DNA of 32,683 bases, taken from NCBI GenBank assembly GCA_051453625.1, contig JBOZIK010000001.1:16131984-16164666 (forward strand). Reading direction: 5' to 3'. The notes beneath the pieces are model-generated. The model was not told where the DNA came from. It was given only the letters and a program-made list of their open reading frames with translations, and did not search any database. This document shows, in pieces, positions 1 through 10,629 of this stretch. Each line of letters begins with the position of its first letter. Positions within the stretch are counted from its first letter, which is position 1. The position numbers and the translations under genes were made by a program. This stretch comes from Welwitschia mirabilis (lineage: Eukaryota).

Positions 1-1550
1 TTAAGCCTATTAAGCCATGGGGTAGCAGGTTTCTTTTGTTGTGAATTTTTCTTTTTATTACTTAATGGAGGAGGGAATGAATGATTTTATAAAATTTCTA
101 TATCCTCTTCATCATCATTCTTGTTATTTTGGGATGTTAAAGCCTCCTAAGTAGGTGGAGTTGTGTTGGTTCCACTCTTTGTCACTACCTTACAATCTTT
201 TCATACTTTGTTTGGGTTTAGTAAAGGTTGAGTTGTAAGGGTCCCTTATGGTATTTGGTTTACAAGCATAGTTTGTTGTAATATGTTCACTAAATTTTCT
301 ATGTTTGCATTAGTCATTTCTTGAGTTTTTCCCAACTTCTTAATAGAATTCCTAAGAGGATCATTATAGTTCTGGGAGTTGGAAGGGTTATTGGATTGGA
401 AATTTTAATGTTCATATTTGTTTCAATAGGGTTGGGAGTTAGGATAATGTGATTGAAAATTGCTAGGTTGTTCATTCATCCTATTTTTAAAGTTGTGATT
501 TGGGACTTGTCTTTGATTGTAGTTTTGATTTTAGTTAGAGGGTCCTTGATTTAATGCATGTACTTCTTCATAAATTCTTTCTTTACAAATGGGAAGTAAA
601 GGACACTCTTTTGTGATGTGATAATTATCTTCGCATAAGTCACAAGTTGGACCAATAAGTTAACTTCTCTCAGTTGCTACTTTAGCATCTAGGATCATTT
701 GAGTGTATTTCTCTAAGGTAGATGTGAAGTCCTTAATCACGCTAGTTGGTTCATGTTCTCTTTTGGTTTCAGTTTTCTCATGCTTACTTTCTTTGAGGGC
801 TTTTATGATTTGGCCTACTGTTCTATTTTCTTGAGATGATTTTTTTGGTCAGATTTGACTTACTTCAACTAAATCTTCTAAGATCTTCTAAGCATCTTCT
901 AGAGTTTGGTTTAAGAGGTTGCCTCCACAAGAGAAATCTACGAGCTATTTTATGTAATTTTTTAACCCACTATAGAAATAATCTATTAATTCCACCTTAC
1001 AAAAGGCGTCTACTGGATTTGAGTGTAAAGCTACAATAAATCTCTCATAATCAAAAGCATAGTCTTTGTTAGGCAGTTGTTAGAAGTTTGTAACTTCTTT
1101 CTTACGGTTCCGGATAGTAGTTTCACTCATGAATCGTTTGACAAAAGCCTCTTGAAATTGGCTTCAAGATTTTAGGCTTTTATGAGGAATTGTCCTAAGC
1201 CAAATTTTAGCCTTATCTCATAAAGTCATAGAAAAAATGATCATGTAAGTTCTATCTATTATGCATTTCTTATCGTTTACGGATGTAAAGACGAGTTGTT
1301 CTATTTCTGCGATGTGTTGTAGGGGGTCTTCATCAGGTTCTTCTCTAAAGGTAAGATAAGCATTTAGGTTTTTCAGTTCTACATCATCACCAGGAGGTAA
1401 GTCAAAGGGATTTTGAATTTCAAGTCATTTATTAGCTATGAGATCTCTCAAAGTCACACGAGTATTTGGTTGAGGAGGAGTACGAGTAATGGTTTCAACA
1501 ACAGGTGGAGGATTCGATGAGATAGGTTGTTTTTAATGAGAGATCGACAT
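1..1550 (-). pseudogene. gag: Degenerate gag of an Athila-type Ty3/gypsy retrotransposon (runs off the window start)
   Basis: Minus-strand translation from ATG at 1550 gives FREEPDEDPLQHIAEIEQL...IIFSMTL*DKAKIWLRTIPHKSLKS*SQFQEAFVKRF, a Retrotrans_gag-like core, then a CDLC motif and a Q/N/P-rich stretch. Several stops and frameshifts. Confidence 0.85.
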
Positions 1551-2024
1551 CGTATTAAATTCTTCAAAATTGAAATCAAATTCACTTGCAAAATTATAAT
1601 CAGAATTTTCAGGAAATTGTAAAGTTTGTGTAACTAGACTATTTTGATTTTCAAATTCAAAATTAAGCAAACCTTCTTGAATATTTTCTCTAATGAATTG
1701 TCACTCTCTGATATTTTTCACCTTTTCCGATCTTCACCATTCAGTTTCAGTGCTATCCTGTGCATTATCCTCGCTATCATCCGAACGATACCTGAGATGA
1801 CAGAAGCAAAAAACACAGAAAAATATAGAACAAGGAAAAGCAAAAAAGGGATTTGTCATCCGACTGTGATGTCTAGATGACTGGGTGGACGTCAATGGTT
1901 AGTGAAAAATAAAAGAAAAAAACTAAAATGAAAATACTTACAGAGGGTAGTGGTACACCGATGCTACAGCAAACATCCAAAATATTCACTGAAGCAATGA
2001 TAACTCTCGATTTTTAAGTAGCCT

Positions 2025-2042
2025 TCCCTGGCAACGGTGCCA
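2025..2042 (-). promoter_or_regulatory. Primer binding site, tRNA-Asp type (Athila)
   Basis: Minus strand reads TGGCACCGTTGCCAGGGA, 3 nt after the LTR end ...CAACA; Athila consensus is TGGCGCCGTTGCCGGGGA. Confidence 0.85.
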
Positions 2043-2045
2043 ATT

Positions 2046-4011
2046 TGTTGCGGTGTGTATTTATGCAATAGTTCATGTTTCAATTTCAATCCTGTTAATC
2101 ATAAATAAGATGCAAAATACAACGCGCTAGTATAGACGGAGTGATCCAAATGTCGTAATTTCGTCAAAGGCCAATGGTATGGACAATAAAAAGTTAATTT
2201 CGAAGAGAAATATGTAGCCCTAATCTATTGAATTAAATTGCAATGCATGAAATAGAATAATAATGCAAGACTAATCTATGAAAATAAATAGCAATGCACC
2301 TNNNNNNNNNNNNNNNNNNNNNNNNNNNNNNNNNNNNNNNNNNNNNNNNNNNNNNNNNNNNNNNNNNNNNNNNNNNNNNNNNNNNNNNNNNNNNNNNNNN
2401 NNNNNNNNNNNNNNNNNNNNNNNNNNNNNNNNNNNNNNNNNNNNNNNNNNNNNNNNNNNNNNNNNNNNNNNNNNNNNNNNNNNNNNNNNNNNNNNNNNNN
2501 NNNNNNNNNNNNNNNNNNNNNNNNNNNNNNNNNNNNNNNNNNNNNNNNNNNNNNNNNNNNNNNNNNNNNNNNNNNNNNNNNNNNNNNNNNNNNNNNNNNN
2601 NNNNNNNNNNNNNNNNNNNNNNNNNNNNNNNNNNNNNNNNNNNNNNNNNNNNNNNNNNNNNNNNNNNNNNNNNNNNNNNNNNNNNNNNNNNNNNNNNNNN
2701 NNNNNNNNNNNNNNNNNNNNNNNNNNNNNNNNNNNNNNNNNNNNNNNNNNNNNNNNNNNNNNNNNNNNNNNNNNNNNNNNNNNNNNNNNNNNNNNNNNNN
2801 NNNNNNNNNNNNNNNNNNNNNNNNNNNNNNNNNNNNNNNNNNNNNNNNNNNNNNNNNNNNNNNNNNNNNNNNNNNNNNNNNNNNNNNNNNNNNNNNNNNN
2901 NNNNNNNNNNNNNNNNNNNNNNNNNNNNNNNNNNNNNNNNNNNNNNNNNNNNNNNNNNNNNNNNNNNNNNNNNNNNNNNNNNNNNNNNNNNNNNNNNNNN
3001 NNNNNNNNNNNNNNNNNNNNNNNNNNNNNNNNNNNNNNNNNNNNNNNNNNNNNNNNNNNNNNNNNNNNNNNNNNNNNNNNNNNNNNNNNNNNNNNNNNNN
3101 NNNNNNNNNNNNNNNNNNNNNNNNNNNNNNNNNNNNNNNNNNNNNNNNNNNNNNNTAGAACAATATAAACTATGAGGGATAAGTTCCTGCAATTATTAAC
3201 AAAAAGAGTAATTCATATTAAAAATAAAAAGGACATCTCTATTTTAAAGTAGTCATTTCTCAATGGAGGATACGTCACCCAACACTAAGATAACGTCTCT
3301 CTGGATTACAAGATGGTTCTCTGGTCCCAAGATCTCCTATCACGAGAATGTCAGATACTATCGAACATTATTAAGGATCGAGGGGGAGAGCTTTATTTAT
3401 AGACAAAAAGGGGAAAGGGACTAACAGAAAAGCATAACAGAAACTCTAGCTATGATGAAAGGGAAAGTTACAATTAATAAGCAACAACTCGGGAATATAA
3501 TATGTAAAAGTATAAGAGGACAGTGTCATCTAGGGTATCATCCAGATGATGGAGGAGATAATAGGGTTTTACAATGAGTTATCTAGTTTGCTTCTAGTTT
3601 AACTATCTGTGATCTTTATGCAAACTGTTGTCGACTGATATTAGAGATGTCGTCCACTAGTGTCATCTAGACGATGAGATGGACAATAGAATCCAATGAA
3701 AAAATGTTCAGTTCAATCTATAAGTCATCTAGAATTAAGTTTGTCTTATGTCTAATTAGGGTTATTGTCCTGAATGTCGTCTAGATGATAGAGGAAATGA
3801 CAGTCTTCTATACATCCTTTGTCAGTGTGATATCTGGTTGTTTGCAGCAATAATCGTCTGAAAATACAATTTATTTATATCTATAGAAAATCCTCGTGAA
3901 TTATCTGATAAACTACATGTTTTCATCTTGTGTTCCTGGATTATCAATTATCATAGGAACTAGGCATTTATTTATTAGTTTATCTACAAAACAACTCAAA
4001 ATACCCTATCA
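2046..4011 (-). mobile_element. 5' LTR of the Athila-type element (contains gap 2302-3155)
   Basis: Ends in CA at 2046 next to the PBS. Likely start TGATAGGGTATTTTGAG at 4011, where sequence character changes. The outer boundary is inferred because the second LTR is not in the window. Confidence 0.65.
2302..3155. other. Assembly gap (other gaps: 5091-5100, 15127-15136, 20929-21028, 24853-24952, 26902-27187)
   Basis: Runs of N. Confidence 1.
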
Positions 4012-4397
4012 AATACACTTAAGTTGGCATCGTAATAGATACATTTCTGATGAAGAAATAATTAACAAACAATAAAGTCAAAGGGATGTAGTGGCAGAGC
4101 AATGAACAGTTCATAAGACAAACTATGAACACAAGAACAGAGATAGTAGTGGATAATAGAGGAGAGAAAACAACACAAACATAAGTATAAATATGTGTGC
4201 ATAGGTGTAAATGGGACAGATAGCTATGGAGAGAAGGGCAGATGTGAATAGAGATAGGTACAGAGAGAAGACTAGGCACAGATAGGTGCAAAGAGACGTG
4301 AATAGAAATAAGAAGAAGAAAGCCATGGATAGTTCACCAGTGAAAGGAGAAATCTCAAAGCAAAGAGGAGGCACAAATGTCACATAAGCTGATACCA
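4012..4397 (-). mobile_element. Possible 5' leader and partial tRNA-Met PBS of an older LTR element
   Basis: GCTGATACCA at about 4388-4397 is TGGTATCAGC on the minus strand, followed by a pyrimidine-rich leader. No clear LTR edge next to it. Confidence 0.3.
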
Positions 4398-5100
4398 AGA
4401 TACTATAGCATCATTGAGGGCCTACAAATATGGTACATGCAGGAGGAAGGGAGGAAGCCTTTACTAAGGATAAAGGCTTATAACAATCTAATAATTTCAT
4501 TAATTAAGTAAGAGTTAAATTACTAAAGAAGACCTAAAATGAATTTAATAGTAATTTATTTATAGATCAATGTACTAGTTTTAGAAATTACACATTTTCT
4601 AATCTTGAAGTTTACACCTAAGATACTATTGACTTATCATTTAACTCTTAGTTAACTTAACCATAAAGTAGAATTTCTCTTGAGGTTTATTAGTTCAGTA
4701 AAAAATAAATATTCATAGCATTAATTAAAAATAAATTATCTATTATGTATCACTATTTATGCTTGTATAAAAGTGATGCATAAAATTGAACATCATATTA
4801 ACTTAACCATTATGTTATAGTTTCACTCATAATTTATTAATATAATAAACAGTAGATAACTATAGTATTAACTATAGTTATTGAAAATAAACTATCTATA
4901 ACTTAAGTCACATATTACTATATATGAGATACATATATAAAAGTAATCTTCAAATAACAATTGCAAAAAAAAAGAAGAGAACTAATACAAAAATCATTTT
5001 ATGTAAGAACAAATAGATATTTCTTTTTTTGCAAAACAAATTTAAGTGTAATATTGACATGATGCCAACAATAATTACAAATATTTATAANNNNNNNNNN

Positions 5101-5373
5101 CACACAAGTATTCCAATCTTAATCATGCAATAGAGTAAGAAATCACATAGATAACAACTAGTTTACATTGCATTAATTGACTCTTTTTAACATTGTCTTT
5201 TGCAATGGTTCCTGCATATGCAATTTTGGTATGAGAATTATTGACCATCATAGTTCCTAGTTTGGTCAAGGAAATGGAATAGGTAGGCAAGATTCATAAG
5301 AACAAGGTAGAAGACTACATCACAAGGAACATGACCAAGATTTCTCATCAATTGGTATTATATGACTTAATGT
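5101..5373 (-). repeat. Fragment of the Tekay-type LTR family also present at about 24330-24605
   Basis: CACACAAGTATTCCAAT...TGGTTCCT..CATGCAA...CATAGTTCC...CAAGG..ATG..ACAGGTAGG is colinear with about 24332-24605 and in part with 24972-25156. Confidence 0.8.
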
Positions 5374-7368
5374 ATCTAAAAAGTTATATAAGAAAATAAG
5401 ATAAAGTCATATTCTAGATGAATAATGTGTGTCTACAACATTATTTAAATGTGTAAAATATTATATATTCAATTCAAGAAATACAAAATATGGTGTATGA
5501 CATTTCATAAAGGAACATGCAATTTTTGAAGTTACTCCTAGGTTTCTTGTGTAATCCACTAGATTCTATGATAAATGGATGGCCTATCATTAGCCTCAAA
5601 TACTTCTTCATCATTCATTTAAAAATATCAAACATGAATTGGAATTTATAGATGAATAAATAAAGGCTAAAAAAATGTCTATTGCACATTAGTATGAGGA
5701 GTTTAATCCATTCTATGATGAAGATTTTGAACATGCAACCCTTGAGAAGGATTGACATAAAGACATGAAATCATTAGAATTTGTATATTATGAAAATGAT
5801 AGTGAAGTATTAACATGACATTTATTGAATGAACACATTCTTCAAAGGAGTTAATATGAAATTATTAAATTATGTAATGTTAATAGATAGCTTAATTGAT
5901 CTACAAATTTTAGAGGAAAGGACTATGTAAAATATGTTTTTTTTTTTGTTTAAAGTAATAAAGAGTCATGTTATTCATTGGTACATGATGAAGCAAATCA
6001 AATTATTATACTATCTAGTCTTAGTTTAAAATATATGAAACACTTTAAGAAAATAATTTTTCATTTCATGCTATAAGAATTTAATTAAGAAAACATTCCA
6101 TCTCTTTGATGACAATCTAAGGAGGAAGAGGAAGAGAGAAATCTTTTCTAACTTGTTCTACAAGGAGTGAATTTAAGAAGATATATCCAAATAAACATGG
6201 TATAATTATGGTTATTACATCTACTAGAATAGATATGTACAACATTAATAGGATGATAATACATTCAACATTATGTACTACGGTTAGTGAATATAAGTGT
6301 ATTGTATTTAGGCAGTTGTTACATCTTCAAGAGCATTTAAAAAATATCAAGAATATTATTTTTGATAAGATGCATTTTGTAAGTGAAAAGATATTACTTA
6401 AGATTAATAAAAAGTTAAGTGAGTTGTTTATAAATCATTGCAATAAAAGTTTTGATGAAAGTTCTATCATATTAATAAGTGATCTTATTTGACTACCTCT
6501 AGTAAAGGATTGCTTACCTCATAATGACAGTGAGAAAATAAAGATACTATGGAGTTTATTTGATACATTTGTTGTTTTAGATATGGTCTACAAACAAATA
6601 GTAATGATCTAAGTCAATAAAGATTTCAAACTGTGGTGATAGATGTGAAAGATAAAAAATATTTATATGATGACTATGATTTTCTAATAACATGATATAA
6701 ACTTCATTTGAAATTCAATAAGATGGATGGTATTTAAGATGTGATTCATCTCTTCATTACAAATAATATGCTTTCTCTCATAATATAAACTACTTGCTTC
6801 AAATGCATATTCCCGTTACATGATATGTAGTAAACAAAATATTAGACCTGGTTACATACTATAATCCTAAAAATGAATGAAAACCTTCTTTTTCAAGGGC
6901 TAAAGTCATGTTGATAATAAAAATATGATGTAAAGCAAGATTAGTAAATGGTTCTATGAGTGTTGTTAAATTACTTATGTATTAGTCAAGAAAGAATCCA
7001 CTTAAACTTCTAACTTATATCATGATTAAGTTTAATACCTACACTAAAGTTTTATTTCTGAAATAAGTCCAAAGATAGTATTCATCATCATGTTCTCTAT
7101 AGATCAATTGAGATAGCTACCTCTCAAAGTTACTTGGGCATTAATAATTTGTAAATCTCAAGGAATAAATCTTAATAAGGCATGTGTAGCCATTGGTCCC
7201 AAGGAAATTCCTAGGTTGACTTTCATGGTCCTTTCTAAAGTGAAGTTCATTGACTCATTGAAGATATTACATGCCTTTTCTAAATAAAGATATAGAAATT
7301 TAGTTAAGGGTTTTACCTTGGAAAAGTGAGTTAGGGAAGAGCAATGTCTAGCAAGTGTAGAATTCTAA
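5366..7368 (+). pseudogene. 5'-truncated Helitron-like RepHel remnant (linker plus Pif1/SF1B helicase)
   Basis: Decayed Pif1 motifs in order: ITSTRIDMYNINRMIIHSTL (Ia), IIFDKMHFVS (II), SIILISDLI*LPLVK (III), LDMVYKQ (IV), AKVMLIIKI*CKARLVNGSM, QLPLKVTWALIICKSQGINLNKA (V), LTFMVLSKVK (VI); stop at 7366-7368. Colinear with the minus-strand copy at 10630-12670. Confidence 0.9.
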
Positions 7369-7920
7369 AGTAATTCTTTCTTGTAATAACTTAATGAGTC
7401 ATTATAAAAAAGAATTATTATTATTTTTAATAAAAAATACTATTTTATTAGTTATAATTACCTATATTATTCTTTATTATCATCATTATGATGAATTAAT
7501 GATTGAGATCTATATTTCCTTTATGAATCCTTCCTTTCCTACATTATTCTTTTCCTTTTGCTCATATATTTTATCTTCCAAATTAGTTAAAAAGGTATGA
7601 TCTTATAGCTATATCATAACTGAATTACTTTTTCATTAATATTATGTTTATAATTACCATGTTTTATACTTATTAAGTCATTTCATAAAATACTTTCTAA
7701 TTAAATCAATTACAAGCAATGAAGATGATTCCATAAGGGATTTACTAGATACATCAGTTGTAACTAATGAAGGAATTTCCATATTATGGTTATAAATAGT
7801 AATTAAATAATATATAATAATTAATGATATATAATAAATTGGTAATCCATATTATTTAACCACTTATTAATAATAATGTTCATTACTTTTTCTTACTTGT
7901 AATTAGTAACATATGACCAT
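7369..7920 (+). repeat. 3' non-coding region of the plus-strand Helitron-like copy
   Basis: Patchy similarity to the reverse complement of 10124-10620, with TTGTAATAA, CCTATATTATTCT, AATGAA..TGATT.CATAAG and TAACCACT in the same order. Confidence 0.6.
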
Positions 7921-8213
7921 TATCTTAAACGTATATTATTTATACATCTAATATCTAGATAAGAGATATCAATTTTTGTTATCTTTTAGATAATGGAATG
8001 AGAGTAAGGAATTGACTTTTGATAAATTACATTTACTTTATAATTAAAAGAATGTTTACTAAGTTTAAGATCAAAGTTCATTGAGGTAGAAGTCAATGCC
8101 AAGGTAAAGAGAAAATGCAATTAGGTAAATGCTTGTACTTTCTTCCAAAAGGCAGTAAAAATTGGTATCTTTGAGCCAAATGTTAGATGTGTATATAATA
8201 TATATTTGAGATA
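7921..8213. repeat. Fold-back element with about 70-bp imperfect inverted arms
   Basis: 7921-7990 TATCTTAAACGTATATTATTTATACATCTAATATCTAGATAAGAGATATCAATTTTTG aligns without gaps to the reverse complement of 8144-8213, TATCTCAAATATATATTATATACACATCTAACATTTGGCTCAAAGATACCAATTTTTA. Confidence 0.8.
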
Positions 8214-9625
8214 CTATCTTTAGTTAAATAAAAATCTATAAATCACTTGTAATTCATTCCATTTTATATAATGGAAACTATAGATAATGCATTAACAAAA
8301 GTAGCATAGGATTTAGCTTTAGCTTTTGCTTAAATGAAAATGTAAAGATCAAAAAGCTTTGAAATGGAATCCAAACCTCTCTTTACATTACCATCATCTC
8401 CTTTTAAGTTATTCTTTTCATGACTCTCATTATGTGCCTCTTCTTTACAGCTAGAATTTTTAAAAGTGCTTTTAGTTAATGTAGTTTTAAAAAGGCAAGT
8501 ACTGCTATTGTTATTGCCATTTCCATTTTTCTCACTAAATAAAGAATCTATAAATCTTACCAAATGTCTAGACCATTAAAACCCATTCTTTTTTTTTTTT
8601 CTTGCTTCTTCATTTTATTCATTTCCTTACTCTTGTTTAAATTTATTTAGTTAATGGTACTTAGAAGAAGTAAAGCTAAAAAGCAGGAGCAAATCTATCT
8701 TGTTATCCAATACATGGAAGATGAAATACTCCTAGAAGAACTAGAAAATTAATTGATGATTTTCATTCTTTAAGTCTATAATTCCTATCATCATTCTTCA
8801 ACTCTGGATTCAAATATTTCTGAGTTCTAAATAACAATTAGTATTATGAAATATAAAAGAAATACATAGAGTATGAATTATGTAAGAAAATTTTGTATTA
8901 AAGCATGAAAGGAAAAAGAAAGAGGATGGATGAGAAAGAGAAAAGAAAAAAACACTATATCTTCTATAAGAACTCTAAAATGAGAATGTTCAAGGATTTC
9001 TATCATACTTTTATCATTTTATAGTGCTTTGTATTTCATCTTGTGCATAATAAGTGAAGCATAGATGCTATGTGAGTTGTGTTCCATTGCCCATGATCTA
9101 CTAGGAAAAGATATTTATTTAATAGCTATTATAGTAAAATTGTTAACAAATAATTTGGTTATGTCTTCTTATGTGAATTGCAAATTTTCAAAACAAGAAA
9201 TTTTAAGATGGTTAACATCATCATGATATATTAGTAATTTATATGTAACTTCATATCATATCATATTTGTGAGTAAAAAGTTTGAAAGTATTTTGTTAAA
9301 TTTTTAAGTTTGTAATTGATGAGTTTTTAAAGTTTGATATGTAGTAATTTTTAATTTAAGTTATACAAATCATAGTCTTAATACTTGAATGTTTGATGAT
9401 GGATTTAATCTAATATACAACATTCAATGGGAAATTCCACAATTAGTATGAATAACATACATCTAGGTTTTCTTGATCATATTACCTAATAAACAAGAGT
9501 AATAGATGCAATGTAATTTCTCATGAACTGAATACAAAAAGAAAAATGTTGTATTCATATATTCAAGATTAGGAAAGTAAATAAATTATTTGAAAAGAAT
9601 GGTATGGTTTTACATGAGTTTACTC

Positions 9626-10123
9626 TCACTGGCTTAGGTATATATTTCATATACATCTATAATTTGACTACGCTATATCAATCTTTACCATCTTTTGAAT
9701 GAGGGTATAAGCATTAAACTAAATACATTTTTACCTAGACATTGGTGTTAACTATAACTACATTTAAAGTTGACTTCACCTAAAGTCAATGTTGACTTGT
9801 ATATTTTGGTTAATTTTAATCATTCAACAAAATTTAATACCTTAATATTAACCAAGATTCTTTAGCAAAATTTTGGCTTATAGTAGAAAAATTTTAATCA
9901 AGAATAAGGCATTGACTTTAAGTGAATGGTAAACATTGACCAAATGACAAAATTGAACATTAACTTTAATCAGGGTTAACTTGTAATATGGTTATAATTA
10001 TCAATAATGTTTAGAAAAAAATTGTGCTTAGGTTAATACTTGTACCATGTCCAAAAGGTGGTAGAAATTGATATATCTCAACTAGATTATAGATGTATAT
10101 GAAATATATATCTAATCTAGTGA
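9626..10123. repeat. About 500-bp imperfect palindrome (fold-back or MITE-like)
   Basis: Left arm TCACTGGCTTAGGTATATATTTCATATACATCTATAAT matches the reverse complement of the right arm TCACTAGATTAGATATATATTTCATATACATCTATAAT. Similarity continues inward for roughly 240 bp. Confidence 0.9.
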
Positions 10124-10629
10124 TCACCTACCATTGATTAATAGTGGTTATAAGTTCATTAATTACTAAGTATCTTATGAAATCAATTTCATTACTCATA
10201 GTTGTCTTAATTTCTAAGACCCTTAAGGAAATGCCTTAATCATTATATATAATCATTTTAATTAAATATTCTATTTAAACATATAATCTTAATCTAGAAA
10301 ATAATTGGTGATTATTTTAGTATGTAATGATATCTCTTTTTTATATTTAATTGTAAAAATGCATAAATAAAAAAAGATATTAATGTAGAAAAAAACTTCT
10401 CATAATTTTGTAAAGAGGTCAAATATTACTTTATTATAATAAATCTTATAAACAATAATATAGGCATTTAAGTATTATGATAAAGGGAATCGAGAATAAT
10501 ATAGGCATGTAGCAGAAATAAATTAGTAATATTTAATTTCTAGAAATAAACAATAATTCATTTTATATCACTTAATACAAATGTACAATATACATGAATT
10601 GGTAAATTATTACAATAACAATGTATTAT

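Noticed and set aside
2233-3192. Long ORFs in the ORF track
   Set aside because: Artefacts of translating the N gap.
4019-4398. Hydrophobic 90-aa ORFs that look like membrane proteins
   Set aside because: A product of pyrimidine skew; two overlapping frames look equally hydrophobic.
6208-7368. Host PIF1 helicase gene
   Set aside because: Full of stops and colinear with the Rep-linked copy, so it is transposon-derived.
9626-10123. CACTA transposon or miRNA precursor
   Set aside because: The arms start near CACTG/CACTA but there is no 3-bp TSD, and the related palindrome at 7921 lacks that end. There is no small-RNA evidence.
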